A stretch of 64,000 nt of DNA from Octopus sinensis (Eukaryota), in assembly GCF_006345805.1 (NCBI RefSeq), contig NC_042997.1, forward strand, positions 23,622,001-23,686,000, given 5' to 3'. Of the stretch, positions 1 through 11,372 are shown in pieces; position 1 is the stretch's first letter; every line of letters starts with the position of its first letter. The notes beneath the pieces are model-generated. The model worked only from the letters and a program-made list of their open reading frames with translations. It made no database searches and was not told the origin of the DNA. The translations under genes and the position numbers were made by a program.

Positions 1-321
1 ACACAGACACAGGCACATATACGCATGTGGATACACATGGACAAAGTTCCATTTTGGAAGTTTTTATTATTTTGGAATCAAGAACACAAACACAGGTGCT
101 GAGCCAGTGATTAAACTTGTAGTATTTTGTTGGGATTAATCCAATGAACTGACAGCAAGGTATGTAAGATGTACTTTTCTGAAACAAAATTTCTGTGTAC
201 GGTCCTGTCGCATGCGTATTCACACCAACATTTTCATAGAAAGATTAGTTGTTGATAAACATAATTGTGACTGGATAAAAATTTGGTAAATATTTATAAT
301 AACACTGTAGTGATGCTACTG

Positions 322-723
322 TGTAAGGTTCAGCGCGCATGCGCAGAATGGGACTACTTCCGGGTGGTCACCGGAAGTCTTCCCCATGCGCATGTGCGGG
401 AAACTGACCCCCTAAGGCACACTCACTCATTCATCCTCTCTGGCCGTTTCAGCCATCGTTTACAGACGTGCATTTTGGTAGTCTCTGATAACTACACCGA
501 CTTAGCCGCGGACGACATCGAACCACTTCAACCAACGAACAAGAAGCTGTACAACAGATTCGGCTGTCGTTTTCCCTTCAGAGATACGTACACCATCATG
601 ATTAATAAACAAACTGCTGTCTTTCACTGATAATCTGACTTCGTCTGTTATATCTAACTAAATTGTATGTGACGGGATCGGATCGACACCCCTTCAATGA
701 TACCGATTCCAGATCCTGTTACA
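322..723 (+). mobile_element. 5' LTR of a Gypsy/Ty3 retrotransposon
   Basis: Begins TGTAAG and ends GTTACA, has AATAAA at 604-609, and is followed after 2 nt by a PBS and then a gag ORF. The start is a best guess because no 3' LTR is in the window. Confidence 0.6.
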
Positions 724-725
724 AT

Positions 726-737
726 TGGTGACCCCGA
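726..737 (+). promoter_or_regulatory. Primer-binding site complementary to the 3' end of tRNA-Trp
   Basis: TGGTGACCCCGA lies directly after the LTR terminal CA and is the reverse complement of the metazoan tRNA-Trp 3' end (...TCGGGGTCACCA). Confidence 0.8.
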
Positions 738-1109
738 AAAAAAAAAAAAAAGAACAGAGGACGCAGCAAACAGGTTTTGCCAGATAGAGCACTGAACACT
801 CAGTTTTCATTTTTCATTTTTCTTTTCCTTTCAGGACGGCGAGGTGGGTACAAACAAAAGCTTTATTCATCGCACTCAGTACACTGAAAAAAAAAAAGAA
901 AAAAAACACGCACACATTATTTTTTTTCTTTTCTGTACCTTTGTTTTCCTTTGTGCACACACACACTTATTTTTTACTACCCACGAGGTGCACTCACACT
1001 CACACCAGTACACAAAAAACGATTTTGATTTGCTTTGTCGGTTCCACGTGTTCTCCATTTCTCGTTCATACCTTCTGCCCCTTTCTGACAGACGATTCTT
1101 CGGACAAAC

Positions 1110-1770
1110 ATGGCTGCATCAGGTTTGCCTTCATTCACAGGGGATGCGGGTCTGTGGCTTGCCCAGGTGGAGTCCCATTTTGCCGCACATGCCGTTCCTC
1201 CACAGCAGCAGTTACATCTACTATACTCGAGTTTGCCTTGCCGACTCGCCACATCGGTCAGGGATCTCATAATGAGTCCCCACCCTGACGCCACATACGC
1301 ATCAGTAAAGGCCGAAATCCTCTGCCGCAACACGCGGTCGGAGGAGAGTCAGTTCAATGAGCTGATGGCCGACGAGCAGTTGGGGGACAGGACTCCATCC
1401 CAGTTCCTGCTCCACCTAAGGGAGCTTAGCGGCAATGCAGCGGACGCGCCACTCTTACGGAAGATATTCTTTTCCAGGCTACCTGCCCACGTGCAGACAA
1501 TATTGGCCACGGCACTGGAGTCTGTGTCTGTAGACCAGATTGCCACGATAGCCGACAAAATATTAGAGTTATCGGGAACCATCTCCATCACGGTGCCTGT
1601 ACGCATGTACAGAGCCCCCTCCGACGAACAATTCATTAGCTGAGAAGATCGATTAGCTTACGCAGCGAATCGATGATCTGTGCCGTGCAATCGGGCACCG
1701 ACCTCGCAGTCGTAGTCGCAGTGGCTCTGTTTCCCGTAGTCGGAGTGACTCTGTTTCTCGTTCCGGCTGG
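1110..1770 (+). pseudogene. gag: Gypsy gag (DUF7041-like N-terminus), frameshifted and truncated
   Basis: ORF 1110-1643 has LPSF..D..LW.AQVESHF, LGDRTPSQFL..LREL and IFFSRLPA.VQ.IL motifs. It continues in another frame as SLAEKID*LTQRIDDLCRAIGHRPRSRSRSGS and stops at the satellite before any zinc knuckle. Confidence 0.8.
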
Positions 1771-4700
1771 GAAAAATTTGCGGTGAAAATTTTCCAAAAA
1801 TTTTCGTGCAAAATTTTCGGTGAAAATTTTCCCAAAATTTTTGGGTAAGATTTTCGGTAAAAATTTTCCAAAAATTTTTGGGAAAATTTTCAAAAAATTT
1901 TTGGGTAAAATATTCGGTGAAAATTTTGGAAAAAGTATGGAAGGCCAGTGGTGCCAAAATCACAAAGTATGGAAGGCCAGCGGTGCCAAAATCACAAGGT
2001 ATGGAAGGCCAGCGGTGCCAAAATCAAAGTATGGAAAGCGAGCGGTGCCAAAATCACAAACTATGGCAAAATTTTTCGAAAAATCACAAAGTATTTTTTG
2101 GGGAAAATTTTCGAAAAATTTTTGGGCAAAGTTTTCGGTGAAAATTTTCGAAAAATTTTTTGACAAAATTTTCGTTCAAAATTTAGGAAAAATTTTTGGA
2201 GAAAACTTTCGGTGAAAATTTAGGAAAAATTTTTGGGTAAAATTTTCAGTGAAAATTTTGGAAAAATTTTTAGGGTAAAATTTTCGGTGGATATTTTGGA
2301 AAAACTTTTGGGTAAAATTATCGGTGAAAATTTGGGTAAAATTTTCGGTGAAAAATTTGGAAAAAGTATGGAAGGCCAACGGTGCCAAAATCACAAAGTA
2401 TGGAAGGCCAGCGGTGCCAAAATCACAAAGTATGGAAGGCCAGCGGTGCCAAAATTACAAAGTATGGCAAAATTTTTCGAAAAATCACAAAGTATTTTTT
2501 GGGGAAAATTTTCGAAAAATTTTTGGACAAAATTTTCGGTGAAAATTTTGGAAAAATCTTTTGGTAGAATTTTCAGTGAAAATTTTCGAAAATTTCCCGT
2601 GAAAATTTTGCAAAAATTTTTTGGTAAAATTTTCAGTGAAAATTTTCAAAAGATTTTTGGGTAAAATTTTCGGTGGATATTTTCGAAAAATTTTTGGGCA
2701 AAATTTTCGGTGTAAATTTTCGAAAAATTTTTGGGGAAAATTTTCGAAAAATATTTGGGGAAAAGCTAGCAGTGGCAAAATCACAAAGTATTGAAAGCCA
2801 GCGGTGCCAAAATCACAAAGTATGGAAAGCGAGCGGTGCCAAAATCACAAAGTATGGCAAAATTTTTCTAAATATCACAAAGTATGTTTTGGACACAATT
2901 TTCGGTGAAGACTTTCGAAAAATTTCTTGGAAAATTTTCAGTGAAAATTTTCGCAAAATTTTTAGGTATTATTTTCGATTGAAATTTTTAAGCAAAATTT
3001 TAGGTGAAAATTTATGCTAAATTTTTGTGCAAAATTTTCGGCAAAAATGATCAAGAAATTTTTGGGTAAAAATTTCGGTGAATATTTTCGGAAAAACATG
3101 TAACGAATATGCTCTATATGCTGATGTCTATAAACGTCAACATTGTCATAGTTGTTCATTGTAAAGCAGAATCTGGTGTATCGTGGATGGTGAGGCATGT
3201 TGACAGTAGTAGTAAACCAGAATTCACTCTATATATACACAGAAAGCAGCCACATAAAAATCTACTTTTAGCAATAACATAAATCTATTTTTGCGTAAAA
3301 TTTTCGGTGAACATTTTGGAAAAGTATTTGCCGAAAATTTTCGGTGAGAACTTTCGAAAAATTTTCATTGAAAATTTTCGAAAAATTTTTCGGTAAAATT
3401 TCCGGTGAAAATTTTCGAAAAACTTTTGAGTAAAATTTGTAGTTAAAATTTTTGGGTAAAATTTTCAGTGAAAATTTTCGAGTAAAATTTTAGATGAAAA
3501 TAGTCGATATATTTTTAAGGAAAATTTTCGGCAAAAATTTTCAAAAAATTTTTTGATAAAAATTTCGGTTAAAACTTTCGAAAAACCATATAACAAATAT
3601 GCTCCATAAGTTGAAGTCTATGAACCTCAACATCGTCATAGTTGTAAAGTGTATAGCAGAATCTGGTGTATCGTGGATGATGAGGGATCTTGACAGTAGC
3701 AGTAAACCAGAATTTACTCTATATATACACAGAAAGCAGCAGGCACATAAAAATCTATTTTCAGCATTGACATAAATCTATTTTTTGGTAAAATTTTCAG
3801 TAAACATTTTCGAAAAATTTTTGGGCAAATATAAGTTTATATAAGTCTATAATCGTCAACATCGTCATAGTTGTTAAGTGTAAAGCAGAATCTGGTGTAT
3901 CGTCGATGGTGAGGGATCTTGACCGTAGTAGTAAACCAGAATTCACTCTACTCAGAAAGTAGCCATATAAAAATCTATTTTTAGCAATAACATAAATCTA
4001 TTTTTGGGTAAAATTTTCGATGAACATTTTCGAAAAATATTTGGGGAAAATTATCGGTGAAAATTTTGTGAAAATTTTTGGGTAAAACTTTCGTTGAAAA
4101 TTTTCGAAAAATATTTGGGGAAAAGTTTTGGTAAAAATTCTTAAAAAATTTTTGGGAAAAATTTTCCGTGAAAATTTTCGAAAAACCATATAACGAATAT
4201 GCTCCATATGCTGAAGTCTATATACTTCGACATCGTCATAGTTGTTAAGTGTAAAGCAGAATCTGGTGTATCATGGATGGTGAGGCATCTTGACTGTAGT
4301 AGTAAACCAGAATTCTATCTACATATACACAGAAAGTAGTAGCAGTAGCCACATAAAAATCTAAACAAAAACATAAATCTAATTTTTTGGAAAATTTTCG
4401 AAAAATTTTTGGGCAAAATTTGCCGTGAAAAATTTTTGAACAATTTTCGGGAAAAATTTTCGGTGAAAATTTACGAAAAACAATACGACGAATATGCTCC
4501 ATATGCTGAAGTCTATAAACGTTGAAATCGTTATCGGTTCAAATTTTCGGAAAAATTTGGGGAAATTTTTCGTGTAAAATTTTCTGAAAATTTTTGGTGA
4601 AAATTTTCAGAGACATCAGCATATGGAGCATATTCGTTATATGGTTTTTCGAAAATTTTAACCGAAATTTTTACCAAAAAATTTTTTGAAAATTTTTGCC

Positions 4701-6548
4701 GAAATTTTTCCCCCAAAAATTCATCGAAAATTTTCACCTAAAATTTTACTCAGAAAATTTTCACTGAAAATATTACCCAAAAATTTTTCGAAAGTTTTCA
4801 CTGAAAATTTTACCCAAAAATTTTTAGAAAATTTTCACCACAAATTTTACACAAAAATTTTTCTAAAAATTTTTCCGTAACATTTACCGAAAACTTTTTC
4901 GAAAATTTTCACCAAATATTTTCCGTAAATTATCACCGAACATTTTCCCCTAGTATTTTTCGAAAATGTTCACCGAAATTTTCGGAAAAATTTGATGAAA
5001 TTTTTCGTGTAAAATTTTCGGAAAAGATTTGGTGAAAATTTTCAAAAAAGTTTTGGGTAAAATTTTCGGTGAAAATTTTCGAAAAAGTTTTGGGTAAAAT
5101 TTTCGAAAAATTTTTCGGTAAATTTTTCGAAAATTTTCACTGAAACATTTACCGAAAACTTTTTCGAAAATTCTCGAAAAATTTTCGGGTAAAATTTTAT
5201 ATGAAAATAGTCGATATATTTTCGGGGAAAATTTTCGGCAAAAATTTTCAAAAAATTTTTTTTTTTAAATTTCGGTTAAAATTTTCGAAAAACCATATAA
5301 CGAATATGCTCCATATGCTGAAGACTATAAACGTCGACATCGTCATAGTTGTTAAGTGTAAAGCAGAATCTGGTTTATTGTGGATGGTGAGGCATCGTGA
5401 CAGTAGTAGTAAACCAGAATTCACTCTATATATACACAGAAAGAAGCAGAAGCAGCCCATAGAAATGTATTTTTAGCAATAACATAAATCTATTTTTGGG
5501 TTAAATTTTCGGTGAACAATATCCAAAAATTTTTGTGTAAAATTTTCAGTGAAAATTTTCGGAAAATTTTTGGTGAAAATTTTCGAAAAATTTATGGGTA
5601 AAATTTTCAGTGAAAATGCCAAAATCACAAAGTATGGAAGGCCAGTGGTGCCAAAATCACAAAGTATGGAAGGCCAGAGGTGCCAAAATCAAAATGTATG
5701 GAAAGGCAGCGGTGCCAAAATCACAAATTATGGAAACATAGCAGTGCCAAAATCACAAAGTATGGAAAGCTAGCAGTGCCAAAATCACAAAGTATGGAGA
5801 ACTAGCAGTGCCAAAATCACAAAGTATGGAAACCTAGCAGTGCCAAAATCACAAAATATGGAAAGCTAGCAATGCCAAAATCACAAAGTATGGAAAGTTA
5901 GCAAGGCCAAAATCACAAAGTATGGAAAGCTAGCAATGACAAAATCAAAAAAGTATGGAAACCTAGCATTGCCAAAATACAAAGTATGGAAACCTAGCAA
6001 TTCCAAATTCACAAAGTATGGAAATCTAGCAATTCCAAATTCACAAAGTATGGAAAGCTAGTAGTGCCAAAATCACAATGCATGGAAAGCTAGCAGTGCC
6101 AAAATCACAAAGTATGGAGAGCTAGCAGTGCCAAAATCACAAAGTATGGAGAGCTAGCAGTGCCAAAATCATAAAGTATGGAAAGCTAGCAGTTCCAAAT
6201 CACAAAGTATGGAAATCTAGCAGTGCCAAAATCACAAAGTATGGTGAGCTAGCAGTGCCAAAACCACAAAGTATGGAAATCTTGCAGTGCCAAATTCACA
6301 AAGTATGGAAAGCTAACAGTGCCAAAATCACAAAGTATGGAAACCTAACAGTGCCAAAATCAGAAAGTATGGAAAGCTAGCAGTGCCAAAATCACAAAGT
6401 ATCGAAACCTAGCTGTGCCAAAATCAGAAAGTATGGAAAGCTAGCAGTGCCAAAATCACAAAGTATGGAAACCTAGCAGTGCCAAAATCACAAAGTGCGG
6501 AAAGCTAGCAATAACAAAATCACAAAGTATGGAAAGCTAGCAATGCTA
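1771..6548 (+). repeat. Composite satellite, block 1
   Basis: Degenerate 10-11 bp AAAATTTT(C/T)GG units interleaved with 32-bp units and a recurring module of about 190 bp. Confidence 0.95.
5617..6548 (+). repeat. 32-bp tandem array (about 29 units), GTGCCAAAATCACAAAGTATGGAAAGCTAGCA
   Basis: Directly visible period. Shorter runs occur at about 1936-2060, 2367-2465 and 2770-2860. Confidence 0.95.
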
Positions 6549-6672
6549 AAGATTTATGTGGATGCTTACGGTATGTGTCTGGATTATGATTCCAGTAGGC
6601 ACTGAAAAAAATTTTTGTGCAACCCATGCAAGCATGGAACATGATTATATACATGCATGTGTGTATATATAT

Positions 6673-7734
6673 ATATTCGCTGAAAATATTCGCTGAAAAT
6701 ATTCGCTGATGACACTAAGCTTCAGCAAATCGTCAATGAAGAAGCAGACCGAACTCAACTCCAGTCTGATCTATATGCTGTGAGTCAATGGGCAGACAGA
6801 AACAAAATGCAACGGAATGAGGGAAAATTTGAGCTGATGAATTTTGGAAGAAATTCCTCACTAAAACAACCATACTCTCTTCCTTCAGGGGAACCGCTCA
6901 CAGCCTCTAACAATATCAGAGACCTGGGTGTAATTGTTGATGACGATCTCAGTTGGAGTGCACACATCAACAAGAAGGTCGATATAGCTCGTAGAATGAG
7001 TTCCTGGATCTTAAGAACTTTCCGGTCCAGAGAACAAGGTGTCATCATAACACTTTTTTCCTCCTTTGTACGGCCACACCTTGAATACTGCTGCCCACTG
7101 TGGTCTCCTCACACAAGACAAAACATCTCCAGAATTGAGTCACCCCAGAGGGCTCTCACTAAACAAATTGAAGGCATGGCCGCTCTCGATTATTGGGATC
7201 GCCTTAAAGCCTTGAAACTTTACTCCCTCCAGCGTCGCCGTGAGCGGTACATCATTTGTACGATGTGGAAAATATACCGCCAACTTTGCCCAAACGACCT
7301 GAACATTAGCTTCAAGGTTCATCCAAGACTTGGACCACGGGCTACACGTCCCCTGCCAAATTCAAGATCACAACATACATGTACACTGCAACATAATTTC
7401 TTTTCCTCAACAGGCCCTGCCCTATTTAACATTGTCCCGTGTGAGATCAAAGAGGAAAAGGATCCCATCAACTTTAAACAGAGTCTGGATAGATTCCTTC
7501 AAAGAATACCAGATAAGCCACCCATAATTGGATACAACTCACCCAACAAGAACACACTACTTGAACAGAACTGGATACAACTCACCCAACAAGAACTCAC
7601 TACTTGAACAAAACTTGACTTAAACAAAACTTGACTTAAACAGGATTCGAATAATCCTATCAGGTGGTGCTATTAAGTTAGACATGGCCTGGACCAATCT
7701 TTGGTCGAAACATATCTAAGTTTATCTAAGTTTA
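6673..7734 (+). mobile_element. 5'-truncated CR1-type LINE (RT C-terminal half, 3' UTR, ATCTAAGTTT tail)
   Basis: The frame is open from KIFADDTKL (6702) through DLGV..DDDLSW, SFVRPHLEYCCPLWSP and LYSLQRRRERY to the stop at 7607. A tandem tail follows, and the insertion sits in (TA)n. Confidence 0.9.
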
Positions 7735-7816
<82 letters not shown>

Positions 7817-7830
7817 CACACATACATACA

Positions 7831-7871
<41 letters not shown>

Positions 7872-7883
7872 ACACACACACAG

Positions 7884-7941
<58 letters not shown>

Positions 7942-7970
7942 TATACATACATACACACATCCATATATAC
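7735..7970. repeat. Compound (TA)n/(CA)n microsatellite
   Basis: Directly visible; its paralog is at about 14832-15015. Confidence 0.95.
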
Positions 7971-7971
7971 G

Positions 7972-8099
7972 TAACAAAGACCATCCGATCGTGGCCGTTG
8001 CCAGCCTAGCCTGGCCCCCGTGAACTTCCCAGATCCCAGTTGAACCGTCCAACCCATGCTAGCATGGAAAGGGGACGTTAAACGATGATGATGATGATG
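7972..8099 (+). mobile_element. 3' end of a non-LTR element with a (GAT)n tail, probably RTE-type (copy at about 15018-15145)
   Basis: GAACCGTCCAACCCATGCTAGCATGGAAA..GGACGTTAAACGATGATGATG. The clade assignment is from recall. Confidence 0.5.
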
Positions 8100-8276
8100 T
8101 GGCCTTCAGCAGAATCGTATGTCAGTTTTACTTAGTTTTTAAATAAAATTTTCAAGAGGAGACAACTTGAAAATTACTTTTTGTAGTTACTTCCCTTGAA
8201 TTCTCTCGTTGACACAGAATATAAGAAAAGTGAACTAGATTGCCACTATATTGTCGACATGTAATACCCAATTGTG

Positions 8277-8590
8277 AAGGTGCATGGTTCAGTGGTTAGA
8301 GTGTCGAGCTTACGATCGTGAGGTTGTGAGTTAGAATAATGGACCGGGCTAGATGTTGTGTTCTTGAGCAAGACACTTTATTTCACGTTACCCCTGTTAA
8401 TTCAGCTGTAGTGGTGCCAAACTGCATCAGCCGTTGTCTTTCCCTCGGATACCATCGGTGACTTGGAGAGGAGAGGTTGGTATGCATGGGCAACTGCTGG
8501 CCTTCCATAAGCAACCTTGCCCGGACTTGTACCTCGGAGGGTAACTTTCTAGGTGCAATCCCATGGTCATTCATGACCGAAGGAGGTCTC
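8277..8590 (+). mobile_element. tRNA-derived SINE with a CORE/Meta-like central domain (copy at about 15325-15610)
   Basis: A-box-like TGGTTCAGTGGTTAG, decayed B box, then TGTGTTCTTGAGCAAGACACTT. Confidence 0.75.
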
Positions 8591-8934
8591 CCCAATATCC
8601 AACTATTTGGTATGTTCCAATTGCCCTCTAATCATACAGCATTTCTACGTCTACGAAATTATATAATTTTTACTGTCTGTCTGTCTATTTATCTCAGTTG
8701 ACATACATGCTTATACATACGTACATGCATGTATGTATGTATGTATGTATGTATGTATGTATGTATGTATGTAGGTATGTATGGATGGATGGATGGATGG
8801 ATGGATGGATTGATGGATGGATGCATGCATGTATGTATACACACAGAGTTACTGCTGAATGCCAGTGGCCTTGTAACATCCCATCAGCACAAAGCCCCAG
8901 TTACATGTAATCAAGCAATATGCATGGCACTAAC

Positions 8935-9530
8935 AGAAATGCATTTTGACTGCTGACATAGCAAATGGTGAAACACACATACCAAAGTATGTTGTGTTTC
9001 GAACTGATAGGAGAAAAAGAGTTCATAGTTGAGTTGCGATGTTCATCCGGGAAGATGTAATGTCTATTGTCTTGCTGTCACACTCAAATTCAGTCTATGA
9101 CACACTGGTTGTGCACATTACACAAATCAAAGTGGTAATAAGTACTACATGTCGCTTAGCAGATGCTCTCCAAATTATGGGGGCTCATTCGAAGATAGCC
9201 TCAAAGTGATGGAAGAGGTATTAACCCACCTAGATGACAGCCTTCATATACTTCTCCCTGAATACTTCAATCTTCCTAATGTCGAATGGCCTGAGGGATG
9301 CCTCCTCGCAGGTATCTCACTGCATAAGCGAAAGTAGGCAGAGTCTCTACTTGTCCTTACAAACATGTTACTCATGGAACACACAGTGTTCCACCCAATA
9401 AGAGGTAAAAATACCCGGAACACCTGCTTCACAAATTATAAGGCACCCATCCATAATGTTAAGGTGACACCAACGAGTTTCTTTGATCGTAACTTAGTAG
9501 AAATAATAGTGCTTAATCTGAGCAAAATTG
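8935..9530 (+). pseudogene. Decayed APE-type endonuclease of a CR1-like LINE (partial copy at 17240-17585)
   Basis: Translates across frameshifts to HIPKYVVFRTDRR, YFNLPNVEW (GDFN-like), RGKNT..CFTN and VTPTSFFDRNLV (SDH-like). Confidence 0.7.
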
Positions 9531-9661
9531 CAGACGTAGTCTAATAGACGCACTCGACCACCTTCTAGGCTGAGCTTTCATAAAATTTATTGGAAAGCTA
9601 TTCAGAAAGTGGTCCTGGAGTAAAACTCTCTATGCAGCCTATTGGCATAAAGCTACAACGC

Positions 9662-10870
9662 TTTATTTTGATATTTTGATACTTTGATAGGTTTCGGCCA
9701 GTATTGACCAAGGCCATGTCTAACTTAATAGCACCACCTGGCAAAGTCATTCAAATCAGGAATCGGACAAGATGGCCAACTTGAGGAGAGAGTTATTGTT
9801 TACGGAGACATATCCGGATGTAGGAGATTTATCCGGAATTTTTTGAAGGAATTTGTTCAAAGACGTTTTGAACTTAATGGAGTCTGTTTCTGTTTTAATG
9901 TGTTTTGGTGTAAAGAGAGTGGGGCCAACTGAGGTGAAATAATTGTGACGTATTGTTGTAATGTGATGCGAGTATGATTTATGTTGTGGGCGGATAGCAC
10001 AGGGCCCATGTCTTGAGTGTATCTTAGAGGCGATGTCAACATCATTTGGGCAATGCCGATGGAACATTTTCCACATCATGCAGATGTTGCGCTCACGGTG
10101 GCGTTGGAGGGAAAAAAGCTTGAGCTTTTCTAGTCGACCCTAACAGTCAAGGCCTGTCATGCCAGCTATCTTTTTTGTAATTGACCTTTGAGGTGTTTCA
10201 ATTTTGATGATACTTTGTTTCGTGTGGGGCGACCACATTGGACAGCTGTATTCAAGGTGGGGTCGGGAAAATGTAGAGAAGAGAAGGATAATGGTGTGGA
10301 TATCTCTCGACTGGAAAGTTCTGAGAATCCAGGAACACATCCTGCGGTCCATGTTAACTTTGCTGTTTATATGAGAGACCCGGTTTATGTTGCTGTCTAT
10401 AATTAATCCCAACTCTCTGATGTTGTTGGATGCCATAACCGTTTCACCTGAAGGAAGGGAGTATGGGAGTTTCATGGTATCCTCTTTCCGAAGTTGATTA
10501 ACTCAAATTTGTCCTCAGCCTGTAGATCTGACTGAAGGCATACCGGGTCACCCACTTCATTGATGACCTTCTGAATCTTGGAATCATCTGCAAAGATTCT
10601 TATGTTACTGTGCTTGATGATGTCAGTAATGTCATTGAAATAGATGATGAAAAGAAGTGGGACCAACACAATAGTGCAACGCCACTACTGACTTTGGCTG
10701 GGCTTGATTTTCCTCCTTCGACAACAACGTGTTAGGTTCTTCCGGAGACACCAGTGTGGGATAGTTTTTGCAAGAGGATCTTATGACCCACCCTGTCAAA
10801 GGCCTTGCTGAACTCAAGGTAGTGACATCAGATTCAACATGAGCGATATAATTTTATACAGTGGGAAAGT
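9662..10870 (-). mobile_element. Decayed CR1-type LINE of a second family (RT and 3' UTR, TATCAAAA tail)
   Basis: Minus strand gives FSKAFDRVGHKILLQKL, PLLFIIYFND, IFADDSKI and RPHLEYSCPMWSP. The 3' UTR core is shared with the element at 6673. Confidence 0.9.
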
Positions 10871-10902
10871 TTACCACGAGAAAATGAAAGAGATAGACGA
10901 AT

Positions 10903-10904
<2 letters not shown>

Positions 10905-10972
<68 letters not shown>
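10905..10972. repeat. (GA)n microsatellite (shorter paralog at about 18965-19004)
   Basis: Directly visible. Confidence 0.95.
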
Positions 10973-10975
<3 letters not shown>

Positions 10976-11372
10976 TTTTCTGTCGCTGACACAGATTTTG
11001 AAATTTTAGAATTATGTAAAAGTTTCAAATTTGGTATATTGATATACTTTTCACGATGAATCCTATTTTGTGAAGCATGTATTTCAAAAGGTTTTTTAGA
11101 AAAACGTTAGGGGTTTAAACTTTGATCATTTTTACTCAGTCAGTAAACAGGATTTGGAAGCTAAGCATTTTGTGCGCGATAAGCAGTGTATCATAAAATG
11201 AAAGTATAATATTAGAAGACGAAGTTTTAAAGAAAATGAAAGTCATGCGTGGTTATTAATACGCATACAGAGAAAGAGATAGTCAAAAAGTTTGGTAAAT
11301 ATATATCGATAATTTGGTGGTGATAGAGAGCGGAAGATTTGTCGATCTAAAAGTTTAGTTATTTCTGTAACA

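Noticed and set aside
283-630. 115-aa ORF
   Set aside because: It lies within the LTR and has no recognisable motif.
5305-5345. CTGAAG...TAAACGTC in the 190-bp module as a hammerhead
   Set aside because: There is no stem II, and A9 and G12 are missing.
1636-6548. Many K/I/F-rich and KVWKASGAK ORFs; a possible CRISPR-like repeat-spacer pattern
   Set aside because: The ORFs are satellite translations on both strands. The inserted modules are copies of each other rather than unique spacers, and there are no cas genes.
6834-6860. CTGATGA...GAAAT inside the CR1 ORF
   Set aside because: It is coding sequence with no stem II pairing.
8935-10870. APE (+) and RT (-) as one twin-primed LINE
   Set aside because: The pieces meet tail to tail at the RT element's 3' tail, which is not twin-priming geometry; separate insertions are more likely.
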